A stretch of 64,000 bases of DNA from Octopus sinensis (taxonomy: Eukaryota). The position numbers and the translations under genes are program-made. The notes under the pieces are model-generated. The model saw only the letters and a list, made by a program, of their open reading frames with translations, was not told where the DNA came from and made no database searches. The stretch's first letter is position 1. Each line of letters opens with the position of its first letter. Shown in pieces: positions 12,719-26,238 of this stretch. Location: the NCBI RefSeq assembly GCF_006345805.1, contig NC_043022.1, positions 11,594,001 through 11,658,000 of the forward strand, in the 5' to 3' direction.

Positions 12719-13594
12719 GGGGGTACCCAGAAGAAATTGGAATTTCGCAATATTATTTTATTCACTTAGTTTTACATGTTTACACTTTTATCGCATTCAA
12801 ATTATTCTCCATTTGAAGCAATTCATCAGTCCAGCTACATTTTCCACTATTCGAAGCAGTACTGAAACTCTTGCCAAGTGATGCCTTTTTACACCTCTGT
12901 CCTTTTTTCTGTTCACTTATTCCAAATCTGCAAATTTCCATAGCATCAGTTTTCATCACCACTGATGAATTTCGAAAAATGGTCTGGATCAACTTCCAAC
13001 TGTTCTTTCAGTTCATGACACTCATTTAGACGAGACTAATTTTGCTCTGTAAGCAAGCAAGGTGCAAATTTTTCTGCAACTCTTTTCATTTGCAATTCTT
13101 CACTCAAAATTCGTTGGCAGTAACTCCAAGGCACATATCAACAAGTTTGTCAATTGTTCATCAATCAGTTCATGAATTTTCATGTTTTCATTCATCCAGG
13201 AGGTTGACGGTCATCCTGAATGAGGTTGGTCCTCAATTGATAAGTGACCATTCCTAAAGTGTGGAAACCACTTGTAAACTTGTGTTTTGTTCATGGCAGC
13301 ATCCTTGTAAGCTGTTTGAAGCATGACAGTTGTTTCAGCTGCCATTTTCCCCTAGTAGGAAACAGAATTTCATGGAAGCATACTGTTCTTTTGTTTCAGC
13401 CATCACAAAAATTGACAAACAGAGGAGAAGCACTGCTAGACAAAGATGCATCACATAGCAGTACAACACCCAATGCCGCTGGTTGACAGACTAGTGCCTG
13501 AGGATCACATCAAGTGTTTTCTAGGGTGGAAGCCTGAACTACAACAGGTTTGTCCCACAGAGAACGTTTCCGGTTACTTTTGGGTACCCTCTTC
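12719..13594 (-). mobile_element. Mariner transposon, internally deleted
   Basis: TIRs gggtacccagaagaaattggaa / ccggttacttttgggtaccc between (TA)n tracts; transposase-like remnants on minus strand. Confidence 0.7.
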
Positions 13595-13747
13595 TATATA
13601 TGTCAGACAATACTTCATGTAAACTATAGGGCCCGTGTGTGTGTGTGTGTGATGTGTATGTGTATATATGTGTGTGTGTGTGTGTGAATATATTTAAGTA
13701 TATATATATACACACACACATATATATATAAGTATATATATATAAAA

Positions 13748-13872
<125 letters not shown>

Positions 13873-15970
13873 ATGTACATCCACAAACCTATCATTCATT
13901 TGTTTTACATCTGTTTCTCCATGCCACCATGGGTTAGGCATATATATTTTTGAGATATTGTTTATTGTTTTACAACCAGATGCCCTCTCAACACACTTGA
14001 ACATAGAATAGTGGTTTATGCCTTTGGAGTAAATGTTACACAGACTGAGTAACAAAAGACAGTCTGACAAAAGAAGGTATGGAAACTGAATGATCCCTCT
14101 GCTACTCAGGTTCAGAAAGGCTCTGAATAACCAATTTGTAGAAAAGGAAGAAGTGATATTGTCATATCTCAGGCGTGTTATTATGCCAATAAAAAACTCA
14201 TGCTCTGGTTCTATTTAACTTCTTTTATTATTATTAGTTAATTTAACTATTTAACGAATTAATGAATTGATTGCATGGTTGATCATTTGGTCACTCAATT
14301 AGTTAGGTAGGTAAATTAAAAACCTTTCATCACCATTCACAACCCACGGATGGCAACAAAAGGACTTTTCAAACTCAACTGATTGATTGATTAACTGAAT
14401 GATTAGTTAGTTGGTTAAATAGTTAACCAACTGACTAACTATGGAGAAGTGAAATAAAACCAGTGCATGTGTTTATTACTCTTAGCATAATGACCCTCCC
14501 AATATACAACAAAATATTTTTCAACATGAATTCACATCAAAAATCAAATACAAAAAGGGAAGAAGGGACAGTTACAACATGGAGCTCAACTAAGAATCTT
14601 TATGAGACAACCTGCTGCAACCATAAATCAAATCTGTGGTTGGAGCAAAGTTCTAAACCAGGTAGAAGGAGACATGGTGAAATGATAGAGTAGTGATTGC
14701 TATAAAGCTAAGAGGTGGCTGGAAATACTGCAAGAGAGAAATTGAATGTAAGAAGTGATACAAAGGTGAGAGACATGGAATGTTTTGAGATTGTAAAGGG
14801 GCGTATAAGCAGGAATCAAGACATTGTTGAGGAAAAGTGGTTTCAGATTGAGAATGACATACATGCTGTCAGTGGTATTGAGAAGACAGTCTTGGGAGTG
14901 CTACTTCAAGAGGTTACTGAATGTAGAGAATGAGTGAGAGAAAGCATAAGCTACCCCAAGAAGATACAATAGAGGGATGAACTATTGATCCTGAGAGTTG
15001 CATAGTTAAAAGTGAGGGTAAGGATATGAAAGCAGGAAAATCAACCTGATCATTAGAGATCGTCAATGAGACACTGAAGCTATCCAACAAAACAGGATGC
15101 TAACAATTCTGCTTGGAACATAAAGTAGCATGACATTTTGATAGGAGGTTTTAATTTAGATAACTTTAAGCCTTTAACATTTAAATTGGCCATATCCAGT
15201 CCTATATTCTACCTGTTTTATGTTCAAACTGACCAGATCTTGCCTCTCACACCTACCCTACTATGTCATCCTAAAAACAAACAGTCACATCATTGAAATC
15301 TCAAGGCTGTGACATAATGCCTTATTACTTGGAAACAATGTCAATGAAGAAGCAAAGCATTCGACAGAGTAATCTGAATACGAAAGGATTAAAATAGGAA
15401 GTTTGTATCAGAGATGGTCTGGAGTGGATTGCTATCAAAATGGCTAATGTTAATCACAGGTGTATGAGTTTTAGAAGTCCCCCCCTTTCTTTCTCATGCA
15501 CACACTCTCCCCCCTCTCTCTACTCCCCCCTTTCATTTACTGAGAACTGAGGAGTAAAATTACAACTGTTGCTTCAGTATTGAGACTTTTATACTAGTTT
15601 TGCCACACCCATCACACTCTATGAATTCATATCCAATGACATAGGGAAATCCTGATGACACTCTGCTGTCAATCATAAAGTTCTTTCATTCACCCACAAT
15701 CACCAGTCTTGCTTACAGCCTAAAACTTACCAAACCATAAAAACCAACACACACACACATTACACTTATCTATATATACATTACATATAATCACACAAAC
15801 ACATGCTCGCACATACACACATATCTTTTATGTATGTGTGTATATAAATACATATAAACACATATATACATTACATATAACCACACACACACACAAACTC
15901 ATACACAGACACATACATTATACTACCTTGCAGTGTTCCTAATAAGAAGAAATAAGATTTGAGAGAAAAC

Positions 15971-16025
15971 ATGTCGGCTCAAGGCTTACATTGGTTCATC
16001 ATACCTTTATGTCTTCTAATATCAG
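15971..16025 (+). CDS. Ly6/uPAR gene B, exon 1 (signal peptide)
   Basis: aaaacATG; MSAQGLHWFIIPLCLLIS+G, donor cag|gtaaga in phase 1, joins exon 2 to give ...LLISVLRVTS/LQC. Confidence 0.8.
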
Positions 16026-16475
16026 GTAAGAAACTTTGTAAATATCTCTCAACTAATGATTATTTCTTTTGGATTATGTGAGAATGTATTTGAATCAGAA
16101 TTAATGTTTGTTTGTTGAGCCTTTATCTATTTCGTTTACTCTCTACAAGTCCTTATGTCTCTCTCTCTCTCTACCACAGCCAGACATTCCTTGTCTCTGT
16201 TGAATTCATCATCTCTCTAAATATATGTCTGCCTGTCTATCTGTTTGTCTGGCTGTCAGTTTGTCTGCCTCCATCTCTAATTACCTCTCTGTCTCATCAG
16301 TCTCTAAGTCCATCTCTCTATTTATCAACCTCTTCCTGTTTGTTTTTGTTGTTTAGTTCCTCATTAGCCTTCACTGAGCAGACATAAGATCAAATGGGCT
16401 TTAAGCCATGTCTGCATCATCCTTTACCCAAACATTCTGTATATCAAACCACATTACCTAAAGAGCCCCTTTTTG

Positions 16476-16480
<5 letters not shown>

Positions 16481-16568
<88 letters not shown>

Positions 16569-16581
16569 TCTCTCTCTCTCT
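16481..16581. repeat. (CT)n microsatellite; representative of many (TA)n, (TG)n, (TGTA)n, (AAT)n and (CAC)n tracts
   Basis: Direct inspection; these tracts generate most low-complexity ORFs in the track. Confidence 0.95.
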
Positions 16582-17094
16582 GTAAAATAGCAAATAGAGA
16601 CGACAGAGAGGGTTTACAAGTGCAAAAAGGCAAAGTTCAGTCAACCTTTATATATTTCAGGCACAAAGGTCCATCATCAGAAGTGAATGGCTTAAAAACT
16701 TGATCTTGCCATGATGATTACCTTTTAAAGATGGGCCTTCACGCCTAAAATATATAAAGGTTTCTTAAATTTCCATTCATGCATTGCTATAAGCTCTCCA
16801 TCTTCATTAATTGCCATATTACTCCTGGATCACAATGCTTCAGGCAAAACCTACAATGATCTTCATATATGTATGTGTGTGTGTGTGTGAGTTTGGATTT
16901 ACCCTCATCTTCCTACGTGTTTGCTGACTATAAACAATAATACATGGGGTGTCCTTCACTTGCGGGTCCACATTATTATTCTGCTATTTCTGTGAATCAA
17001 CTCCTCAATCACAGAGAGTACCTAACCCCTTAGCATTCAGATTATTCTCTCAAATCCGATGCTTATTTATTTTCATTATTTTGAATCAAAAGGC

Positions 17095-17290
17095 AGCAAG
17101 CTGGTGGAAGTGTTAGTATGCCAAGTAAAATGTCTGTCTGCACGTTCTGAGTTGAAATTCCGCCAAGGTCGACTTTGCCTTTCATCCTTTCAAGGGTCAA
17201 TAAATAAGGTACCAGTTGAGCACTTGGGTTGATGTAATCGACTTGTCCCCTACCCCCAAATTTCAGGCTTTGTTTCTATAGTGGAAAGGA
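17095..17290 (+). mobile_element. Second tRNA-derived SINE family (ggcagcaagctgg...ttcaaattccgcc...gtcgactttgcctttcatcc)
   Basis: Other copies at about 19386-19615 (+), 22150-22330 (-), 54090-54290 (+), 61170-61370 (-). Confidence 0.75.
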
Positions 17291-17446
17291 TTATTTTGAA
17301 TTAATCTTGTAGCTTTGAGATTTGGATGATGTGATTGTTATTTTTAGAATGACATTGTAAGGTTGGTGTAAGAGATCAGATCTAGCCACTTTGAATATAA
17401 AACAGGTGAAATATTTTGACAGACATGACTAATTTAGATGCAAAAG

Positions 17447-17756
17447 CAGTGTTTCCCAACCTATTTTCCCCCAAGCCCCTCAATAACTTTTAAGAAAAGT
17501 TGGCCCCACTACTGGTAGGATAAATACAACTTTATTCTTAATATTTCATCACAATTATCTACTGGAAAAGAATCTTCTAGCAACTCTTTTATTAAATACT
17601 GAGTACAAAAAACAGTACATCATTGTCTAAGAAAAAACCATTGTCCACAATTCCATGTCCCACTAAATAAAAGAAAAAATATTTTGGATCCCAAGCCCTA
17701 CCACAATTTTCCCATGCCCCACCGGTGGGGTGTATGCCCCTTGTTAGGAATCACTG
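17447..17756. mobile_element. hAT-like MITE
   Basis: Termini cagtgtttcccaacct / gttaggaatcactg; no clean TSD. Confidence 0.5.
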
Positions 17757-17980
17757 AGTTAAAGGGTTAAATTATCAAAACAAAGTACCAAAATAAATTT
17801 TAAAATATATTTGACATGTAACTTCAGAAACCAAAAATTATGTGACATGGAATTCAACTATAAGTGGCCGATACTCCGCATTGGAGGGTTAAAGGCATAA
17901 AGAAGAAAGAAGAAGCCTCAGTCTGATTAACAGCTTGTTTGTGAGTGGATTTGGTAGTTGGAAACTACAAGGAAGCCAGT

Positions 17981-18013
<33 letters not shown>

Positions 18014-18109
18014 ATGTGTGCATCTATGTGTAAGCATGAAGTCATTTCTACTTCTTTGCATGAATCCCACCTACATGCACACACACATGCATGCACACAC
18101 ACAAACACA

Positions 18110-18490
18110 CACACATTAAGGAAAGACAATAAAACAGGACATTGTTGTCATGCTTACATTTCCAGTGAATAATATTGTTATTCTGCAACAGTCTCACAGT
18201 TTTGAGAAACACCACCACTACCACCTCCACCAACACCACTACCATCACTACCACTCTCCCCAGGTATTTAATTTATCAACGCTGAAAGGATGAGAGGCAA
18301 AGTCGACCTCAGCAGAATTTGAACCCACACATTAAGGAAAGACAATAAAACAGGACATTGTTGTCATGCTTACATTTCCAGTGAATAATATTGTTATTCT
18401 GCAACAGTCTCACAGTTTTGAGAAACACCACCACTACCACCTCCACCAACACCACTACCATCACTACCACTCTCCCCAGGTATTTAATTT
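18110..18490. repeat. 165-bp direct duplication (18110-18274, 18326-18490) with an inverted 69-bp insert copied from 19475-19543
   Basis: Direct comparison; 18261-18329 is the exact reverse complement of 19475-19543. Confidence 0.9.
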
Positions 18491-18701
18491 GCTACTCCCC
18501 ATCACCACCACTAACCCTACTTCCCTACCTAACTACTATTACTACTACTACCACCACCACTACCACCTCCACCGTCACCACCATCACCACTTCCATTCTT
18601 TCCACTACCCACTAGTACTACTCCCCCCCACCACCACCACCACAACCCCCACCACCACCACTACCACTACTTCTCAAAAGTTAATGTCACTTCCATTGCA
18701 G

Positions 18702-18878
18702 TTTTGCGTGTCACCAGCCTACAATGTTTTCATTGTTCCAGCTCAGCTCCTGGTTCCAAATGTGAAACGGGTGTTAAGGAATTTGCCAAGTACAACAGTT
18801 CTAAATTTGCACAAAACTGTTCTGACTACAGTTTTCAAGGCAAAGCTTTCTGTGCCATTGAAACCAGATTTATCAATG
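18702..18878 (+). CDS. Ly6/uPAR gene B, exon 2 (177 nt, Cys1-5)
   Basis: ccattgcag acceptor; (V)LRVTSLQCFHCSSSAPGSKCETGVKEFAKYNSSKFAQNCSDYSFQGKAFCAIETRFIN(G); donor G|gtaaga. Confidence 0.9.
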
Positions 18879-19629
18879 GTAAGAATGATTTCTTTTTTTT
18901 CAAACCTGTTTGTTGATGTTGTTTTTGTTGTTGTTAGGTAAGAGAACAATGCATGCCATCATGGGGAATCTGGAGTACAAATATCTGAAACCCAAAATAC
19001 CCCTCATGACTACCAGTCTGATAAGAATACACCCAGCACATGCATCCCAACCATATGTGCATGACATGGTGATCTCATATCAAGATAGACAGCACATGAC
19101 CTTGCCAGTGGGGCCCCAGTTGGTATCTTCTTCAGGTTGAGTAGTGAATCATACTCAAAAGGTCCTTGAATAAGGGTTATTTAAGAATGATGAATGAAAC
19201 ACCCGTTTCCAGGGGGTAAATTATTCAAACCCCAAAGAATCCCTCTCAATGCATGGCTATGATGCTCCCCCACTATTTGTACTCACACATATAATCAGTC
19301 ACTAATCAGTCAACTCATTAAAGTCAAGCAACTGACATGTAAATCAGAATATTTGTTGTAATCATCATCATCATTATCATTATTAAGGCAGTGAGCTGGC
19401 AGAATCATCGTCATCGTTGCCGCTGTCGTCATTGCAGCAAGCTGGCAGAATCATTAGCACATCAGGCACTACATTGTGGGTTCAAATTCTGCTGAGGTCG
19501 ACTTTGCCTCTCATCCTTTCAGCGTTGATAAATTAAATACCTGTGAAACACTGGAGTCGCTGTAACTCGCTAGTCTCCTCCCCATAAATTTCAGGCCTTG
19601 TGCCTTTAGTAGAAAGTATGGTGCATCTT

Positions 19630-21320
19630 AGTGCAGTCTCAGAGAGCAGAACAACCCTCCCACCTTCAAGTGAGATCAATCAGAGAGGATGTCATATTCA
19701 TTCAAAGGGCCTCAAGTTTTGATACCATCTCTGTACTTTTTAAAGCAGAAGAGCTGGCCATTAAGCATTTGGTGGGACCTCACAAAACTGACCAGCTCAT
19801 TATATTCCCGTCCTACACAGGTAGAAGAATAATGAAAGTTCGAGTCGCCAGAATAACACCAGGTATCAGCGTATGGTGCCTCGTCAGATGCATGATCGTG
19901 GAGGGAATCAACACCCTCCTCCTAAAAGTCCAATGGGCGCAAAGAGAAGACTGGGTTAGGATGGATTAGGAAATGCTAGTCCAAATAAAACCACAAGGCT
20001 TGGAGAATATCCCAGATCATGTCCGCCTCAAGTTACCCCGATCTCTGAGGGCAGAAGGCCATATTGCTTTGCTTGTGGTGAAACAACACACCTACAAGCA
20101 CTCTGCCCTCAGCAAATAAGTACACAGGTCTGTAGACCTCCGCTGACATCAACACCAAGACTGGGAAAGCAAAAAACAGCACCAGCTGTAGAAAGATCAG
20201 CACCACCAACAACATGGAAAGCAGCAAAAATAGCAACAACAGTGGCGGTGGTTGCAGGCATAACAATAGCACCAGCAGGAAAACAGTCATTGAGGTCAAC
20301 CACAAAAACCAACAGCTTGCAATCAAGTCCAACAACACCTTCTATCTCTCTCTCTCAAACAAAACGCAGGAAAAGATACACATACAAACACGAATTCGCT
20401 TCCACACAGAGAGGAGGAGGTTACAACAGACACTGGTTCTATCACATTGAAAAGTGATGAGGAGGGGGAACAGAGTAATTCCAAAAATCCAAAAAAGAAG
20501 TCATAGAGGTGAAACATCTTGTCCTGCACCAAAACAAGATAACAAAGAAACTACACACGCACCCACAACAAATGCAGAAACTCAGACAACTCCTGCAGCA
20601 CCACAATCATCAACTGAAGTACCACAAGCACCAAAAACCCCACTACAGATAGAAATATATCCCAAAAGGAAACTCACACCACAAACGCAACAATAACAGC
20701 GAAAAAAACAACGATGCAGGCAACTAACTTAGTGTTAGTAAGGAGAGCCAACAAAGAAGCGATGGCCCTCTTATCACGAAGGGAAGACATTGAAAAAGGT
20801 GGGGGGGGGAAACTTATTGGACTAGTACGTGCAATGTGTCAAAGGACCTAATGATGGTGAGGATGGATCTGGACATTTTCCAAACATTAGGGTTGCCTTT
20901 ACACATGATGTAGGGATCCCTCAAGTAAATGCCAATGCAAGGCTTCTACAAGGGTTCCCAAAGGAGCCCAACGAAGAAATGGAGGTGGGATCACCCAATC
21001 TCCAATGGCACCAGGAGGGTATCACTCCTCATCTTTCTTTCCCTCCTTTTAGGCCAATATGGTGATGCTAAGGGTAGGTTGCATAAATGTACGTGGCCTG
21101 GGGTCATTCTGGGAATGAGGTTGCTTTCTCAATGACCTCAGGTGGTTGAATTTGGATGTAGTAGCTGTCAGTGAGACCAAGATTGCAGACATACACATCT
21201 TAGCACCCATTTATGATGATTCTGAGATTTTCGCATCTTTTAGTTGACCAGGTATGGGAAGTGGCGTGTCAGTGTTGTTCAAAAAAGGCTTGGATCTCGA
21301 GTTATGGTGGATCTTCCTGG
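19630..21320 (+). mobile_element. L1/Tx1-like LINE 5' portion (ORF1 with CCHC knuckle and start of APE endonuclease), degenerate
   Basis: CFACGETTHLQALC near 20065; INVRGLG...LDVVAVSETK near 21085-21180. Confidence 0.6.
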
Positions 21321-22463
21321 ACACTCACAAACACACACACACACACACCTATATATAAAAATATATATATATATACAACATACTTCTTTCAGTTTCTGTC
21401 TATGAAATCCACTCAAAAGGCTTTAGTTGGCACAAGGTTATAGTAGAAGACACTTGCCCAAGGTTCCATGCAGTGGGACTGAACCCGAAACCATGTGGTT
21501 GGGAAGCAAGCTTGTCACTTTATGGCCAGATTTCTGCAAGAGGATGATAGTTGTGTGGTCATGGTTGTAGTTGTGGCAGTGGTGACAGCATCAGTGACAG
21601 AGGAAGGAGCGACAGCAATGGTGGATGTGATGGCAGCAGGAGCAATGGTGGGGGAAGGGTGGGGGTGATGGTAGCCATGGTGGTAATGGTGCTAAACTAA
21701 GCGGTACATTAGCTCTAATAGCTAAGAATTATGGACACAAAACAAATCAGAACAAATATCGCTAAGAATCCTGCCATTTACACTTTCATTTGCATTTCAT
21801 TTTATCAGTCCTGAAGGGATAAAAAGCTGAGTCAACGACAGTGGAATTTGAACTCAGAATACAGTGACCTGGAGAAAGTACTGCAATGTATTTTGTGAAA
21901 TGCTTTGATTACTCAAGTAATTCATTGGCCACACCTGGGAAGGAAATCACAGTGACTGTCTAGGAGAGGTAGAGAATGAGGTACATGGAAGAAGGGGTCA
22001 AGAGAAATGGAGTTGAAATGAGAGGCTATTAGACCATAGAAATTGTTACCTGGCTAAAGATCAAACACTGAATGGCAATGTGGATGAGTGACCCTAATGA
22101 CCACATGTGGTTTGGCATTACTAATGACCCCAGATTCATCCTCAATATAATATTGGTTTCAAATTTTTCCACAAGGCCAGCAATTTCAGGTAAGAAGGTA
22201 AGTTGATTACATCAACCCCATTGCTCATTTGGTACTTATTTTATTGACCCCAAAAAGATGAAAGGCAAAGTTAACCTCAGCAAAATTTGAACTCAGAACA
22301 TAAAGACAGACAAAATGCTGCCAAGTATTTTACCTGGATTCTGCCAGCTCATCACCCTCGTTTACAGTAATAATTGTGGACTAACAGTGCTTTGTAATTA
22401 ACAAAAATTATAATTAACTTATCAACAATTTTAAAACATTCTTTTTCTTTTTTTATCTCTTAG

Positions 22464-22729
22464 GTAAGAGTTCATATTTGATTAGAGAATGTTCTGATGG
22501 AAACACTTTCACCTTCGATAAGAACTACGATACTTTCCACAAATTACGATACCTTAATCCTGAGAAAAACACAACACTATGTACCTTTTTCAACGGCATA
22601 TTGTGTTTGACAATATGTGAAACAGATTTTTGCAATGGTCCTCAAAGTACGGCTGTGATAAATTCACACACACCTGCATTGGTCATTACTTTAGCAACAG
22701 GCATTTTGGCTTTGTTGCAGTCATACTAA
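22464..22729 (+). CDS. Ly6/uPAR gene B, exon 3 (Cys6-10, GPI-anchor signal)
   Basis: Long polypyrimidine tract plus tag acceptor, phase 1; GKSSYLIRECSDG...LCTFFNGILCLTICETDFCNGPQSTAVINSHTPALVITLATGILALLQSY*; exons sum 55+177+266=498 nt = 165 aa with 10 mature Cys. Confidence 0.9.
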
Positions 22730-23686
22730 AAGAAAATACTCAAATTTGATTTTTTTTTTTTTTTTTTTACATTTTTGTTGTTGTTTTTGAGGCTTATTTT
22801 TTCTGAGCCATTGTGAATAATGCAGCATTTATCAAGATTACAGTTACATGTGATGTCTGTTAGCAACAACCAATTCATGTGAGAATGTCATGTCTGTTAG
22901 CAACAACTTGTATACTGCAAATTAGCAACAACTGGAGATGGTGTAAGGTTGTGGGGAAGGAAAGTGAGTCACAGCACTCATTCATAATGAACCCCATCTC
23001 AAAATGGAAATGTATGGGGGTGGGGTGCAAGAGTGTGTCACAGCGCTTACTCAAAACACATTTTGACTACAGACACTATTGAAATATGCTAATTTTGTTG
23101 ATATTGTAAAAACAAATATGTAAACAATTACTAATACTGTAATATATATATACATATATATATAAGATTTTCTAACAAAAATAAAAATAAACTGGTGGCG
23201 TCCCATTTTAAGAATATATATGTCATATGAAAGATTCCCAATATGATTGAAAACTTTTACTCACTAAGCAGACAATGTTGGAATTTAGTAACCTATTGAA
23301 CCTAATTTCTGTCCTTCACCATATTGTTACAATGAACTATATACACATAATATATATATATATACATTGCATACAAGTGTGTGTGTGAGTTAAAATTAAA
23401 GTTTAAATTTAAAATTTTAACTTTGCATGTTGGGTGTGTCACTTCACTAGTAGTAAGCTGACAAAGTGTGTTTGCTGCCTATGGCTACATGGTGTCATCC
23501 ACAGTAATTGCACCATCACCGCTGGATGTATGATAGGAATTCCTCAGTGTACGTTGACTAAAGACAATGGATATGGAAGATAAAGTATACTGGAAACTTT
23601 ATTTATCACAATGTGTCAAAACGATTGTTGCGATAAATAAAGCTTCCAGTATTCTCTATCTTCCATATCTATTGCTTCTACTATGT

Positions 23687-23860
23687 CAGTGATTCCCAGC
23701 CTGGGGTCTGCAGATTCTAGGTGGTTCACAAAGGTAGTACTGGGGGTCTGTGAACTAAATTCAAGATTCCATATATTTATATATTTATTTATATATAAGG
23801 ATAAGCATATTAAAAGGGTGTTTAAATGAAAGGCTTGGAAACCACTGTTGGGAACCACTG
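23687..23860. mobile_element. hAT MITE
   Basis: TIRs cagtgattccca / tgggaaccactg; 8-bp flanks tactatgt / tattatgt (7 of 8). Confidence 0.7.
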
Positions 23861-24383
23861 TATTATGTATATGTTTGTGTATAAATAAATAGTGTGTGTC
23901 AAAAGTTACACATTAAAAGATTTGACACTTATAAATTATTATTATCATTATTATTATTTTTCAGTAGTTTTATTTTTATCATGTGCTTTTACTGCACTAC
24001 AAAGCACAGCTCTGTGTGCCTTGGGTATGTGCTGTGTTTTGTTGTAAAGCTCTTATTTTTACTATATTGAAAGTGTTATACATAGGATGTGTGCGGTGCC
24101 TAGTAGGGCTGTTTTCTGTATGTAATAAATATTTGCTAGACCTGGTGTTTTTGTTATGCATTTGTCTGAATATTTTTTATCATACCTAATGTGTCTATAA
24201 TTGTTGTCATTATTATTATTATTACTCATTTTTTTCATCATGTATAAGTATATGTATATTCATCATTATTTTATTTTATCTATTTAACTTTAGAAAAATT
24301 AAAGCATGTCTTTAACAATTCCGGAGCGTATTGAACTTATTCTGTACCTGACTTTTGGTCCACCCTGTACGTGAGTGTGAGCA

Positions 24384-24416
<33 letters not shown>

Positions 24417-24737
24417 GCATCATTTAATTCATTTGATGCTTTACGTCTGCTTTCCATGCTGGTATGGGTTGGAGGGTTCGATATGATCCAACAGGTTGGA
24501 AACCATGTCTTGCTCCAACATCTTAGCTTTTGGCATGGTTTCTATGGCTATATGACCCACTTAACACCGAAAATTATACATACATACATACGTACTCACA
24601 CACATTTACATATATGTATGTAATACCTCTTATATGTATTTAATACTATTTACTGAACCTCAGTTTTTTTTTATATGCTAGACCACTGGTGTTAAAATTG
24701 ATGTTATCAAATTAATATCCAGTTTTTCAGCCTCATT

Positions 24738-24780
<43 letters not shown>

Positions 24781-24781
<1 letters not shown>

Positions 24782-24877
24782 GGACTAGAACTGTTTCATT
24801 CAAGAGAAATCATCAGGAAGCTCTGAGCTTCCTGATGATTTCTCTTGAATGAAACAGTTCTAGTCTTGTAGAAGCTC
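24781..24877 (+). ncRNA. Type I hammerhead ribozyme (24825-24877) within a 43-bp-arm palindrome centred at 24824
   Basis: gagcttc-CTGATGA-t ttc tctt gaa t-GAAA-cag...ttg-TA-gaagctc; 7-bp perfect stem I; 24781-24823 is the reverse complement of 24825-24867 (one mismatch). Confidence 0.75.
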
Positions 24878-25008
24878 CTTCTATATAATAAATTAATTTT
24901 ACTCTGCTATGTATTGAGTACCTTATTTACTGTGGTTAACCCCGAATCAACCCGGGACCTACATATATATATATATATATGTATGTATGTATGTATATGC
25001 AAACATTC

Positions 25009-25040
<32 letters not shown>

Positions 25041-25989
25041 GTATGTATATGCAAACATTCATATATATATACAATATATACCCACAAACATACATACATT
25101 TGTATACACACATACACACAGATGTCACACTAACTGAAAGTGTGAGTGTACTAAGATTTCATCTTTTATTATTACTAGAACACAGTACATGAATCACACA
25201 AAAACACACACCAAAATCTAGATAGAAAAATACATTCATATGTAACACACTTGTACTCTACAGATTTTTCCACAAAAATAGTCGATTAATAATAGATATA
25301 TAACTCCTGACATAACAGTGCTAAAATAAATTCACTGATAACATTTATCAATCATAAACAAAAAGAGACATCTGACTGATAATAGAAATGTAAGAGTGAT
25401 GAAAATTTCAAATTCCAGCAGTTATTTCATTGTCCATGCGGACTCTAGATGTGACAGCGATGGCATTAATCAAAGAAGGGTTTTCAGACTTTCTTAAAAG
25501 AAACTAAACATAAAAGATAAAAAAGAATGATAAAACTAGAACAGAGCCGTATTTGAAATACATGTTCAGAAGGAAAGATGTTCTCGAAACACACATGCAC
25601 ACATATAGATAGATATAGATAGAGTTAGGTGGATAGATATAGATATACATATATCCACACACACACATACATACACAGTGAAAGAGAGTGAGAGAGGTGG
25701 ATAGAGATATACATATATCCATATGCACACACACACATGTATATATATGATACATACACACACATACAAATATAAAATATATTACATACATATATATATA
25801 TGTATACATAGAGAGAGAAAGGATATGCGGAATTTTCGTCAGGATGACTCAAACTAAAAGGTATGCGTTCTGAGTGCTCAAATAGGTGTGCCACCAAAAT
25901 TCCAGTTTGAACAACAGTTGACATTGTGGTTGTGTGATTATCCTGTCCAAAAACGGCTATAGGTGGCATCCCTTTGAGTCAGAAATTGT

Positions 25990-26207
25990 AGGTTAAAGTA
26001 GTGAGGAAAGGCAAACAATTAGGCAAGGCAGAACAAGGGCGTTTAATTCAATTTCAATTTAGCTACACAATGAATGGTAAAAATTCTTTCAGCATTTTTT
26101 ACTATTTTTACTATTCGTTGTGTAGCTAAATTAAGACTGAATTAAATGAAATTAAATGTCTTTGTCCTGCCTTGCCTAATTGTTTGCCTTTCCTCACAGC
26201 TTTAACC

Positions 26208-26211
<4 letters not shown>
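25990..26211. mobile_element. Small fold-back MITE/hairpin
   Basis: taggttaaag...gtgaggaaaggcaaacaattaggcaaggcag arm and its reverse complement ending ctttaaccta. Confidence 0.7.

Positions 26212-26238
<27 letters not shown>

Noticed and set aside
12955-12990. cca-CTGATGA-atttc-GAAA-aatg-GTC-tgg hammerhead-like string
   Set aside because: Only 5 nt between the core strands, so no stem II; lies inside a mariner transposase remnant; chance match
18366-18941. 191-aa His/Thr-rich ORF
   Set aside because: Made of (CAC/TAC)n repeats and out of frame with the real exon 2 it overlaps
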